From assembly GCA_028023455.1 (NCBI GenBank), contig JAQFVV010000002.1:32550001-32614000 (forward strand): a stretch of DNA of 64,000 bases, written 5' to 3'. The notes under the pieces are model-generated. The model saw nothing but the letters and a program-made list of their open reading frames with translations, did no database searches and was not told where the DNA came from. Numbering within the stretch: the stretch's first letter is position 1; every line of letters begins with the position of its first letter. The translations under genes and the position numbers were made by a program. Below, one piece after another: positions 49,301 through 60,902 of the stretch. Source of the DNA: Epiperipatus broadwayi. Taxonomy: Eukaryota; Animalia; Onychophora.

Positions 49301-52300
49301 GATGTATAATTTTTCTTAATATATGAATATGATCCACGGTAAAATGATCATTTTTTAATCCAGTTTGTTCTTTTGGTTAGTGTGACCCAATAATGATGTT
49401 AGCAAAAAACATATTAAGATATTACAGATCTATCAAATTTCTGTTAATTCTGTACAAAATCTTCATCAAGAACATACTACTCATTTACGTTGATTTTATC
49501 CAACTTTCTTAAACATCGTCACCATTATTGTATTTTTCCAATCTGGTATATCTTTTTATTTAGACATTTCTTTGCTTGCTTCTTTTTAAATATCCATAAT
49601 AATTTCAATATTTCCTAAATCTTTTTCATTATCCATAGATTTAACTGCATATCTCATCTTTTCATTTAAAATATTTGGAATTTCAGAACCTGTTATCATA
49701 ATAGAAGAGACTTATTTTGTTTTCTTCTTCTTTATAGATTCTTTGCAAAGTTTTTCCACACAGTTCAAGATTTAGTCTTTTCTAAGAACAGCACCATTTT
49801 TTTCTTATTACCAAAATAACTTTTCTTCCAATCTCAAGATACGTTTTCTACTTTGAGACTTCTGATCTCTTTTATCCTTATTTTACAAATACGTTTCCTT
49901 CCATCACCATCAATTCTTGTCTCTATCAATTTACAAAAAATCAGATATTTAATTCTTCTACATTAGATACTTTCACTTTTCTTCCATTATTCACATTGTC
50001 TTGACTCAAATGAAAATTTACTGCAGAATTGCTGTCTTTTTATACCAATTACCTACATTGCAACTCTTAGTAGAAAATCCGTTATCATTTAAGCCTGAGC
50101 CATCTTCGAAGTCTGTTAATATTTTAAAATGACTTGCAAATTCTGGCTTAGATTCATTAGTATTTCATATCAATTATTAATACCGTTTCTCTGAAAACTT
50201 TTTGACTCTCTATTTTTGTATCAATATGCATTTTATATTACTACTTAATGATCATTTCCAGAGGCTATATTAAATATAGATTTTTCATTAGTCAAAATAG
50301 AACTCAATTCAGCGCTATCTTCATGCATTTATGTTTATTTATGCTAACTTTTTTTCCAAAAAAAGAAGTTTATAATTGGAATTTTCTTTTTTCCAAATTT
50401 AACCATACTGTACTTTCTCATTTCTATCACCACAATATTTTCATTGTACAATCCCTTTCCAATTCTACTATTAAAATATTCCATGACAAATTTTTAAAAT
50501 ATTGTGAGAGCCGAGGCATTTTGTACATCCATATAAAAATCTTCTACATCCTCATCACAAGATCACATTAGGCATAAATCTGAAATAATTATATTTAGTA
50601 TCTTCCATTAAGTTAAATATCTAATCTTGCTAGTATAACATATCTCTCCAATGTTGTTCTTCTAACTTTCACTCCAACGATGCCTACAATATTTGCACTT
50701 TTATAATAAATTACAAATCAACTTTTCAAATCAATTGATTTGTTATCTTTACCTCTAATTTCATAAAATCCACTGTTGTTTCATTTAAAATTAGTTTTAT
50801 CTGTCAAGCGTTGTTAGCCAAGAGGTCAGCAAGTAGTTGGTTGCAGACGGTTGTTGCGGGTTCGCCTCCCGGCCGATGCTATGACATATGGGAAAAAAAA
50901 AAAAATTAGTTCTATCTGCATTTATCCTCTTTCACAAAAAGGTTGCTAAATAAGATTACTGAACAGCATATATGGGTTTTTTTTTATTTAGAACTTCTTC
51001 CCTATGCTATATCACTTTGACTATATGTGCATTTTATAATGAGTAATATTTAATATTTATATAAGGCTATAACCTTAGTACATGCACCTTGTGTGCTTAA
51101 TTTCATTACAAGAAAGACCTCTACAAATCTTAACACAAGATTCGACTTTATAAAGATAAAAGTGGCTACTCTTATCTTCAACCTATTTTTCTAATTATAT
51201 AGGCAAATCTAAAGCATTTGGATTTGGGAGATTGAAGCTAATAAATTCTTCACTGATTAAGTCCATTATTTCTGTTACACATTAACGTTCGTGAAATCAA
51301 AATGCTTTAGATTTGCCTATATAATTAGAAAAATAGGTTGAAGATAAGAGTGGCCACTCATCTTTATAAAGTCAAATCTTGCATTAAGATTTGTAGAGGT
51401 CTCATAATAAAACTAAGCACACAAGGCACATATAGTAAGTTTATAGCCTTATAAAAATATTATGTGCTGACATTGCGCTTAACAATAATTAATATTTAAT
51501 GACTAACAATATCTTAAAAGCTTAAAATATAGCGAACGCTAGAGACTTCATAATTATTCATAAGACTCCACTCTTTTGATTTAGCCACAAACATTTTCTC
51601 TTTGAGGTCTTAAAAGAATCGAGCAAGGCAAATTCCCAATCTTGATGCCATATGTTCTTGTCATTGCAGCTGTTATTACTATATAATTACTCATATAGTA
51701 TATGAATGTGGCTGGGTTGCATAGCAACACGCGTTAATCATCATAATGAGTTTTTTTTACTTCTGACTTTAAGATCGAGAAACACTGTGTTTTTTCTTCT
51801 CAGTTGCCTGATAGTGTCTGTGCTAGAATAACTTTTTTAAATAGATAATTACAATCATGATAGATAAAAATAAATCATGGTACTTATTCCCAAAAGGATC
51901 TAAAGACAACCAGTCAATATAGCAACTGGAAGTTGGAAGTAGAGAGCATTAAGAATCCCAATTGTAGACCCAGACTGTCATTCAATGACTCTTATGTAGG
52001 TACTTCAACTACAGATCACTTTCAAGTGAAGAAATATTGTACGAATTGAAAATCTGTCTAATATTAAATGAGACATTGTTAGATTTTGTGAAATTAAAAG
52101 TTTAATAATCAAAAAAGTATAAATGGAATGGGATTCCTTGCAAATAAAAAAATGGATCAATAACATTGTGGAGATTGATGGTATATCAGACAGGATGGCA
52201 ATATTAGTCATTCAACTTAACAGAAGATACCAAATGCAAATAATTCAGATTTATGCCCCAACAAGTCCTCATTATGATGAAGAAGTAGATGATCTTTATA

Positions 52301-55300
52301 TGGATATGCTTTTGATCACACCAAACAACATTTTTAAATTGCCATGGAAGACTTGAATGCTAGAATTGGTAAACGATTGAAAAATGAAGCTGTAAGTAAA
52401 TTTGGTTATGGTGATAGAATGAGAATACAGGTTTGTCACTTTGCATGGAAAAACCTATATTATGGATTCTTTCTTTGAGAAAAATGCTAAGCAGAAGATG
52501 CATCAGAATTGGATTATATTTTGACTAATAGAAAATATGCATTTCAAGATTATATATAATGTTTTTAATAAATTCAACACAGGAAGTGATCATTGATTAG
52601 TGAGTGTATTACTGCAAAGAACAGAGACAAAAATTATTAAGGAAAATAATATTCATTACTGATATTCATAATGTTCAGAAACATTCCAATGAATTGAAAT
52701 TAGAACTTGTAAAAATCAATGCAAAATATTAACAGATTTTGAAGATGGTTCATATTTGAATGAAATCACTAAGAAAATAACTGATACGCTATTAAGAAAT
52801 ACAATAAAGATAGTTCGTACAAAAAAGCAGCAATTAACCATTAATATTTCTACTGAGACGAGGCAATTTATGAAGAAAAAAAGGAATAAGAAAATTTATA
52901 ATAAAATCCGTTAAGAAAAATTGCAACATCTATAGTTTTATAAAATGATACAAAAAAGTTAATAAAGATATAAGAAAATATAATTGAGAATTAGCAAGAA
53001 AAACTGTAAAAGAGAATAAGTTTCAAAAGTGTAAAACAAACATCTTGGTATTGGTAAGAAACTTATTTTTGCGCTAAGAAAAAAGGTGGAATTATTACTA
53101 AAAAGAAAAATGATATCATGAAATGTGTGTAAAATGTTCTATAAAGAATTATTTAGCATTTAAGAATAAGTATCCCTAACAATCACTACATCTTAATTGC
53201 CCAGAATGAAGTGCGATAATGCAATTAAGTCTAAGAAAAAGGGGAAAACTCCAAGAAATGATGAAATATAATTTCATTGTAGTACATTCTTTGTTTAAGG
53301 CTAATCTTAGAAAATCAAATAATAATAAAAAAACCTTTCTAACCAAACTAAACTAAGTATATGTAATTTTTATCTGAAAGTAAAAAAACATTTCATATTT
53401 TTAAGTTACTTAAATATATAAAAAAATATATTTTATTATTAGAATACATAATCATAATTACTTTATTAATTAGCAAATCATGAGGAGGTTCCAAAAACTG
53501 AACAGTTGCCTTCCCCAGAGAAACAAATTTTGAAAACACTTGTTGAATGTTATCTTTAATCTAAAATGAAATAAAATAATACATATTTTAAAAAGATTTT
53601 TTTTTAAATCTTTTTGTTTTCTTTGGATGGACAAAAACAAATAAAAAATAGGATTGCTATATCATAATCTGAGTTGAGTTTCTTTAATTCTTTCTAACTC
53701 ACCTTAAATGAAAATCGAATGAGAATTATCTTTAAAAATTAGCAATTAATATAGCCTGAACAACCACACTATTGGATTGTGAAACTTATAACATTAAACA
53801 TCATATGATCACCATTCTTTATGCTTACATAAGCTGTTTACACAGAAAGAAAACTCCATACAGTAGCACCATTCAGTGCAAGCCAGAGTAATCAATGGAT
53901 GCAAGAAGGTTGGTGCATAAAATCTACCTAGTGCTTACTCACCCCAGATCAGTTTCTAACTTGTGGCAGAAATTAGTCTGGGGATATTGGATGAGTAGGC
54001 ACTAGATAGGGATTTTATGCACAAACCTTCCTGCATTCATTGTTACTCTGGCTTGCACTGAGTGGCGCTACTATATGGAGTTTTGTCTGTGTGATCCGTG
54101 AAACTTTATGACCATGATCAAGTACTTTGTTTTTATGACATCTATTAAGGATACATTTACAAGAATTGTTTAATCCAATGTGATTAAAATTAGATGATTT
54201 TTCAAATTATTTTCATGTTTCTATCAAGAATTTCATTAAACATTAAAATGAACTAAAAAAAATTGTTATGAAAAAAATAAAAACAAAAGTCATAATATAA
54301 AATATTATTTCAAATATAAATATTTTTCTATATTATTATTATTAATCTGCAATGCTAATACTGGTACCATTTTTCAAATGTTCTAATTTCATCTTATTTT
54401 TAAAATTGAATTGTCCCTCTCAGTATCTTTCTTACGTTTTATGTCACTTTTCTGGAGCTTAGCGTTATTTCATACCAGTTGTAGACTACATTTTAAATGC
54501 AAAAACTTTTTTCTTCTGTTTTTTTCCAATTTCCATTAATTTCATTTATTTTTTTATATAATTATAAACTACTTTTTATAAATAATGGTTATAATAATAA
54601 AAATTAAATTTATTTTAACACCTGTTTAAAAAAATGCATTCAAGTGAATTAAATTACAAGGTACGGTGTTGCTTTCATACATGCATATTACGTAAATTTT
54701 CAAGGCCACATAAAAGAAAGCATTGAACTGTTTCAAATTCCTATAAAAAATGCATCTAATGGATTCTGATTTTGAAGATTTGCTTTGTTAGAATATTAGA
54801 AACGAAGATAATGGTGGTAATGTTTCTGTGACCATGGAAAATATCAATGGGAAAAAAAATATTAAAATGTCTGAATTCATTAGCGCTATAGATTAAATGT
54901 AATTTATTTTAAAACAAAATCATTTTTAAATTTTTTTTAGTTTGTTTACTTGTTTTAAATGTTGATTTGTACCTGTAATTATACAATACTTTTCTCATTA
55001 GGATTACATAGTGATGTCAGTCTTAATGTTAGAATAGTTACATATAAGGTGGAATCCAAAAATAATCGGAATTTTATAATAAAAAATTATTTATTTATTT
55101 TTAAGTGTTATAAATTTAATCATCTTCAAATGACTATCCATTTGATGCGATACACTGATCTAAATGTGCTTTTCATTTTACAAAATAGTCCAGAAACACT
55201 TGCAAAGTCATATTTTTAACATCTCCAACATCTTTTTTTTCACCACTTCTAAATCCGCAAAAAAAAAAAAAAATTAAGACATTTTTTTTATCCGAGAGAT

Positions 55301-58300
55301 TTAAAAAAACTGCACGAAGCAAGATCGAGTGAATATAGCTTATAGATAAGCTGGATCATGCTGAATTTATTTAAGGAGTGTTTCATACTGAAGACTTTAA
55401 GAGATGACACTTTGTTAGGATAGTGCTTACACTCTTTTCTTTGCCACAAAACAGGATGCTTATGTTTTACCGCTCACATAAATGTTTCAGAACTTGCAGA
55501 CAAAATGTCTGACTATTACAAACTAAATCTGAAAAAAAAAAGTTGTTTGCATTCAAAAAAAAAATACAGCGTTGTTTTGACTTTGGACTTCTATTGCGAA
55601 GCTTTTTAGGAATGTGGTGAATTTAACATTTCAATTAAACCACTCATAAACTTGTGCTTTTATGAGATCAGCTTCCTTATAATGTCAAGTTATTACAGCT
55701 GTTTTCCTTATCGTTTTCTGTAAACGAAAACAGAATTTCACTTTGTTTGATCTTTCGGTCATTATAAAAAAAGACATGCGAAATGCACTTTACAAAAATG
55801 TGCTACATGACCCCACAATATCACATGGTAATGTCATTCGACAGATTGATGCAGAAGAATTCCTGCAAAAAGTACGTAACAGAAGTATATACTACAACAG
55901 GTGCACAAACCAGAGAACAATTCTGGTTATTTTTCGATTCCCCCTCATACATTATCCAAATATTTACTCACAATCACTTTATTTTAAAAAAGTTGCATTA
56001 ACTTTTTTTTTCCAAATTTTTTTTCCCCATTTTTCCACAATATTAATAATGACAATATAAAATAACAAAACACTGTTTTAAATTAAACAACAAACAGCAA
56101 ATTAAGGCATTTAGTTGGACAATTATTTTATCAGTTTTATATTTAATAACTATAATTTCTGGAAATATTGCATAGAGTGGTCCACCATAATTTGATTTGA
56201 AAACCTGCCATGGATACCTAAAATCATAAATAGTAAGAAATCCTAATATAACATACTTAATTAACATACATAATGCATAGAGAACCTTATAAGAACATTT
56301 AAGAATGGCAGATTCATATCCAAATCCTCCCTTTGAAACCCTAACTAAACTTATTAAATAATTTAAACATGAAAACACATTGTTCCAAAAAAAAACATAG
56401 AAATAATTTTTGACAAAATTGAAAAAGAAACAAAAGTTCCAAAGATATGTAAAAAAAAAAAATCTATAAAAGTTTACAAATGATCTAAAGTATATAATGT
56501 TCATTTTATTTTCATTTGTTTAGATTCTATTTCAATCAATTCCTTCATTTGATCTAAATGTTTTTATCATTCATTAGTACTGCTTTGCTAAAATTTTGAC
56601 AAACCAATTATACATTAGACCACCCATACTCATGGCCCAAAACACACACTTATTAAACTAAGTTTTTAAAATATTGACATATGTGGCATATACCCATTCT
56701 TCACTTCGATTAAAAATTGCACTCATGATGCGTTTGTAATTTCAAGTGTCGATTAAGATAGCAAACTTATGACTGCTTTGAAACATTTTGTTTATGTCAA
56801 ACTATAACTTAATGACTTACAATGATCGGAGAGTCATCAAAATACAACAAAAATACCTGGGGAAAATAAAGTTTTTGTGGCATAAAATTTTGTTGTGTAA
56901 AATAAACACTGGTCGGCAACATGTTTGATTCGTCATGAAAGTGTTATATAAAAAAATATATAACATTAATCATCATTATTCCATGAAATACAAATAAATT
57001 TAAGAACTCTTTTCCTTACAGGTCTTTAATAAAATGTAAAAATTAACATGAATTATAATGCCATTTTTTTATATATCTTGGTGCGATGATTAAGCAAAAG
57101 AAAATTTCCGAGTCGTTATTTTTTTTTACAGCAAAAAATTATTTTCTTTTTACAACAAACCAATAAAGTTTACAATGAACCTGAAAATTATGGATGGTGG
57201 TGATTTTTAGTTTTTCTGAGCAACATCACTGAAAAACTTAATGAGCTCAATCATGATGTTCACAGGCTGAAAATAAAAACATATACTGTGAATAAAGTAT
57301 TTGCTTTTGAAGAAAAACTAAATTCTATTACAAGGAAATATAAAATCAAATCTGCATAATTTTCCAACCATAATAAAAGTTAAACCTGACAGTATTGACA
57401 TTTCATCAGAAAAGTATAAGATCATTTCAAATTATTTAGCTGCCTTATACAAGGGATTTAAGAACAGATTTCAGGATTTAAGAAATATTAAAAATTATCT
57501 GTTGCTTGTACAAAATTCCTGATACTTAGAAACTAGTTGCATTGAGATAGGAAAATGTAAAGCTATTCGACAAATTCATAGAGCTGAAAAAGGGTATGAA
57601 ATTGCAGATTATTTTTAAAGAAAAAAGAGAGAGGAAGGAATTGGCCTCATTTTGAAAATTCGTGCCCTGAAAAATACAAGACTGTTCAAAAGTGTACCCA
57701 AGTGCTGTTCATGTTGTTCGCATCAATCTATCTGTAAATCATCCTATTCTAAAATGAAATATGTGAAAAATGTATACAATAATTGGTTTACTAATTCTCA
57801 TCTTGACGTATTAAGAATATAAAGCAATTATAAAACCGATTAATTTAAAGCGTAGTTGTGACTTACGCCCAATGTGGCCGCTTGATGGCATTGTTTCTCT
57901 GTAAAAGCAGAGAAATATGCAGTTTCACGCAGCCCAATTTCCAGCCTATAGAAAAATTCTGTTCATATTAGCCATTAGCAGGCCTAGATGGCGTTGCACA
58001 CTGTGCTTCGTGTCACTATGGAAATAGCACATACTTCACAGATCGCTACCATAGGATGTGAGGGTATATGGAATTCAACTGGCCATAAGTGTTTTTATGT
58101 GCATTCGAAGTAACAATCTTACACCTTACCTGACATACTATTACATACTAATAATTATAAGCCCATCGTCGTGTTTCCCTACATATCTTGGAAGATGAAA
58201 ACAACTGCAAAAGGGTAGGTCCCAGAACCATTTCACATAAGTCATGCGAAAAGGCACGTTTGCGGGAAAACAGCTATGAGTGTAATAAAATGGCTGTCGT

Positions 58301-60902
58301 ACATTAATTTTGAAATCATAATCTTGGTTTAGTCAGACTAGTGCATGATCCTTGGGATTGGCAAAACCATCGGACACCCCCTCCCCCTGGCACATTCCAG
58401 CGCTATGCGCTGAAATCTTGGTTTGATCAGACTAGTGCATGTATTGGGAACCACCACACACACACACACCGCATGCTAGTGCTACGCGCTGAAATGTATA
58501 ATGTAATTAAAAAATGTAATTTAGAAAATAATGTCAGTTCGTAAATTTTTTAAAAATACTTTGAAAAATTGTTGGAGAAAAGAAAGCAAAATTATTGGCC
58601 CGGTAACGTTACAATTTATTATTTTTGCAAGCAACAACACCATCAAGCAGCCACATTGGGCATAAGTCACAACTACTATTTAAAGTAATCAAATAACATC
58701 ACAATTGGATATAATTAGACTTATTTTTACATCATCCTATTATGAAGTAGTGTACTGTATTGCAACCCAAGTAATGTGACCCGAGGGGGGAAATGATTGA
58801 GTTATGGCTGCATTAGATCCAATCCATAATTTTGTCACATTTTAAAATATCCTTGTTCTCTTCAATTACTATCATAATGAATTCATTGGAATGTAAAAAG
58901 CCACTTGGCCATATTTGTTGACTAAAGTGAATATCCATATCCTTTTGTTTTTCTGATATTCATTATGGAAAAGTTTCTATATTATCAGGCATAAAAATAA
59001 CTACAATTCTGATAATTAAATGGCAGTCACATGAATATCAGTAAAAGTACCACAACTTTATTTTTGATCTAACTTCATGGGAAAAAAACAGTTAAGCATA
59101 TCCACATCAGTCTATTAATATAACTGTTACTACCTATGTAAAATATAAATGTTTATTAAATACATGGGTAAAAAATCTCTGAAAAATATCTTTTATTCAA
59201 TACAGTTCAAGTATGTTATAAATGGAAGGTATGAAGCAATACCTTTATCAGAATAGTCATTTCACCAACAAATCAGGGAATGTTCAGAAACAGCTTATTT
59301 TTAAATTTGTTTATGTAAATCTTATGCAAGAATGACATAGGGCCTTTGATTTTTACAATATCCCAAACATCTTTAACGTCAACAAAACATCGCATGATAT
59401 CTGCTTATACTTTATTTTTAAATAGTAAATCTATTCTACTGCCATATGGTAGTATTTAATAAACCCGCATCCAGTGCTATTCTATCTATAACCCCAGACA
59501 ATTTCTACCTGATAGCTTTCATCAGTGGGGAGTTTTATATTTGAATCTAGTGCACTTAAGGACTTTTTTTTAAGAATCTATTGATTAATCAAGCTTCCAC
59601 AAGGTGGCAGAAGGCGAAATAGATTTATTACTAATATTCTTGCATGTTGTTACAATGATCTGCCATAGTGATTTTAAATTACCTTCTAGACTGCCATCAA
59701 AAATTAGGTGACATGTGACATTCTTCTGCTAAAGTTCAAAATCACTGCTAATGATATATTTGTTTCTGGTAATGCGCAAAGACTTGTGCTATATTTTTAA
59801 TATCTTCAAGATAAATGTCCTATTGAATAATCTTAATGATCATATATGATATTTTTATGAAAAGGATTTGGATTTAAGAGCATTGCATGTAAAATTATTT
59901 CCATGATAGGCATGAACGAGTTTACATATTGTACAAATAATATTTTATACATTATTTTTCAAATATCACAGACACTTTTAATATGAAAGGAAAATGAAGA
60001 AGAATAGTAAATAACCATTTCTCAAAAAAATACTTGAACTGTGCTCAATACCCAGTACACTTTGTAACAGTGATAGAATAACGGTCTTGAAAAACAGAAG
60101 TTTGTAAATTAAACTTTAACCTATCACTTCTGGTATTCAACAGTATCTATATTAAATTATTCTCTTCGTATAGATACATTATCAGTGTCATACTAATGAT
60201 ATATTAGCATGACATTCCAATTAGAAAATGAACCATCGGCTAATTATTTTTACAAAAATGTAAACAATACATATTTCTTTCCGGTCTTAGTTTGCTATAA
60301 ATTACAGTACATTATAAATAAAGCATATCACATTTCTTCTTTATTTTACTAGATGTCATTTTAGACGGCTATCCTTGACATCTGATTGGCTGTCAATTAT
60401 GTATTATAATGAGCGCTAGAGATTTGCAGTATCTCGATTTATTTCAGTTTTTAACTATCGGCACTTCGCAAATTAAAATATTATTTAGAAATACTATTAT
60501 AAAAATTAATATTTCAGAATTTTCAAAACCCGTGTTATTTAAATATTCTTAGTTTAATCATGTTTCAATTTAAATTATTTACACCATTGACAAAACCATC
60601 AGAGTTGGGGGGGGAGGTAGGTGAAAGTTTGTAGACATTTTAAAAACTTTTAATGAATAATATCATTTCTTAATTTAAAAAAAAAAAAAATAAACTATAG
60701 CTAATATTAGTTTTACTACCTTGTATTTTGTTCCAAATTTATTCGTAAGTGTGCAAACCAAGATAAAAATGTTACTTGACTGTGGATCATTTCCAACATT
60801 CTTACCCACAATTAGCGTAGCTCGTGAAGACTTTGAATTACCTCTCAAATTGAGAGATGCCCCTACTCTACTTGCTATTTTAACATCACAACTGATACGC
60901 AT
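34147..60902 (-). CDS. LRR1: Leucine-rich repeat protein 1 (LRR1/PPIL5), CRL2 substrate receptor, 411 aa: complement(join(34147..34375,41348..41811,47619..47879,53462..53560,60720..60902))
   Basis: Five phase-consistent GT-AG exons totalling 1236 nt. The protein is collinear with human LRR1 as recalled: N-terminal MRISCDVKI...[33 protein letters not shown], an LRR array, BC-box-like [23 protein letters not shown] and FICSLKCY. Confidence 0.92.
35200..36640 (-). mobile_element. Highly decayed LINE RT remnant
   Basis: EYGF-like (QYGF) and related RT remnants on -; approximate. Confidence 0.35.
36707..36778 (-). other. 72-nt intronic hairpin with 27-bp stem and 18-nt loop
   Basis: The single arm difference is a G.U wobble on the LRR1 sense strand. 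Confidence 0.4.
37900..39500 (-). mobile_element. Highly decayed non-LTR retrotransposon (APE/RT remnants)
   Basis: WG...SNGRG..WI endonuclease-like, YDD and YLG-like remnants on -; boundaries approximate. Confidence 0.45.
40751..41139 (+). mobile_element. Putative solo LTR
   Basis: GC-richer island bounded by TGT...ACA, with AATAAA about 70 nt before the 3' end. No TSD was found and the 5' boundary is uncertain. Confidence 0.4.
41348..41811 (-). CDS. LRR1: LRR1 coding exon 4 (LRR array plus BC-box-like [11 protein letters not shown])
   Basis: Acceptor tttatag, donor gtattt; 464 nt, phase 0/2; LxxLxLxxN repeats in ORF 41278..41808. Confidence 0.95.
42020..42255 (-). mobile_element. RTE LINE 3'-end fragment
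   Basis: Minus strand [11 protein letters not shown] resembles WAGHIARRxDxRW. Confidence 0.6.
42700..42900 (+). mobile_element. Hammerhead-bearing repeat, family B (homologous to 62784-62975 on -)
   Basis: Shared blocks catatagctatttaagttagatagctgg, agattttctacttaaa and gatctagtgtctgaa. Confidence 0.65.
42840..42885 (+). ncRNA. Hammerhead-like motif with a 10-nt palindromic stem III; core position A9 mutated
   Basis: TTCTCA CTGAGGT gcgtcaaaagctc GAAA CCAATTG GTC | TGGGAA. Stem I is 6 bp and ACCAATTGGT is a palindrome. Confidence 0.55.
43160..43800 (+). pseudogene. Decayed LRR-coding sequence including a 54-57-bp tandem array, antisense in LRR1 intron 3
   Basis: Units IxxLxLSNN (ORF 43565..43783) vary at synonymous positions; upstream remnants C..VNIVHC and LLFDYNPF; stops and frameshifts. 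Confidence 0.45.
43399..43464. repeat. About 30-bp-stem palindrome inserted in the LRR remnant
   Basis: aaacatttctaatgttagttaaggaaaagg versus cctttccttaatcaacgttagaaatgttt. Confidence 0.6.
44430..45004 (-). mobile_element. 5' part of a mariner element
   Basis: TIR-like tacgggggctgttgtcgaag at 45006 downward; minus-strand [15 protein letters not shown]...NVFNWFAR resembles the mariner N-terminal HTH. Confidence 0.65.
47619..47879 (-). CDS. LRR1: LRR1 coding exon 3 ([10 protein letters not shown]...[29 protein letters not shown])
   Basis: Poly-T-ag acceptor, donor gtatgt; 261 nt; absent from the supplied ORF track. Confidence 0.92.
48360..50990 (-). mobile_element. Degenerate RTE-clade LINE (APE plus RT)
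   Basis: [10 protein letters not shown]...[16 protein letters not shown] (RT-like) in ORF 49065..49337; QIYA endonuclease remnant near 50570; many stops. Confidence 0.75.
50804..50905 (+). mobile_element. Short tRNA-derived SINE with poly-A tail and about 17-bp TSD, inserted into an RTE LINE
   Basis: A-box-like TAGCCAAGAGG, B-box-like GGTTCGCCTCC, A13 tail; TSD aaaattagttttatctg (50787-50803) and aaaattagttctatctg (50902-50918). Confidence 0.75.
51052..51462. repeat. Foldback with about 170-bp inverted arms, between two divergent RTE fragments
   Basis: 51052-51225 versus 51294-51462, with a long near-perfect core. Confidence 0.8.
51900..53270 (+). mobile_element. Degenerate RTE-clade LINE, 5' (APE) portion
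   Basis: [39 protein letters not shown] in ORF 52123..52356 resembles the RTE endonuclease. Confidence 0.75.
53462..53560 (-). CDS. LRR1: LRR1 coding exon 2 ([33 protein letters not shown])
   Basis: Acceptor ttttag, donor gtaatt; 99 nt; absent from the supplied ORF track. Confidence 0.92.
53796..54095. mobile_element. Family A inverted pair with both ribozyme cores truncated at the junction
   Basis: attagtctggggatattggatgagtaggcactaga... on +, with the inverse arm at 53796-53968. Confidence 0.7.
55045..55946 (-). mobile_element. Internally deleted mariner element, pseudogenised transposase
   Basis: Imperfect TIRs (ta)taaggtggaatccaaaaataatcggaatt and the reverse complement (ta)tgaggggaatcgaaaaataaccagaatt. 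Minus-strand [11 protein letters not shown] resembles YSPDLAPxDF, and QCIASNG resembles the mariner C-terminus. Confidence 0.75.
56050..56800 (+). mobile_element. Decayed CR1/L2-like RT fragment
   Basis: + strand remnant [12 protein letters not shown] resembles (S)KILERVVHNQL; approximate. Confidence 0.35.
56907..57840 (+). mobile_element. Decayed hAT (Charlie-like) transposase remnant
   Basis: TIR-like cactggtcggcaac at 56907; fragments resembling [13 protein letters not shown], RFQDL and S(x)YLCxxxYSKMK (hAT dimerisation domain). Confidence 0.6.
57851..58677. mobile_element. hAT-type MITE, 827 bp, about 45-bp TIRs, 8-bp TSD
   Basis: TSD atttaaag at 57843-57850 and 58678-58685; TIRs cgtagttgtgacttacgcccaatgtggccgcttgatgg and ccatcaagcagccacattgggcataagtcacaactact. 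Confidence 0.8.
59490..59532 (-). ncRNA. Hammerhead ribozyme motif, degenerate, sense within LRR1 intron 1
   Basis: Reverse complement: CCCCA CTGATGA aagctatcaggta GAAA tt GTC | TGGGG; perfect 5-bp stem I. Confidence 0.55.
60720..60902 (-). CDS. LRR1: LRR1 coding exon 1 ([12 protein letters not shown]...FGTKYK)
   Basis: ATG at 60902, donor gtagta at 60719; 183 nt. Confidence 0.9.

Noticed and set aside
56043-56504. 153-aa hydrophobic ORF on -, initially suggestive of a membrane protein or a mitochondrial insertion (NUMT)
   Set aside because: No recognisable mitochondrial motifs; it is low-complexity AT-rich antisense to a decayed LINE RT remnant.
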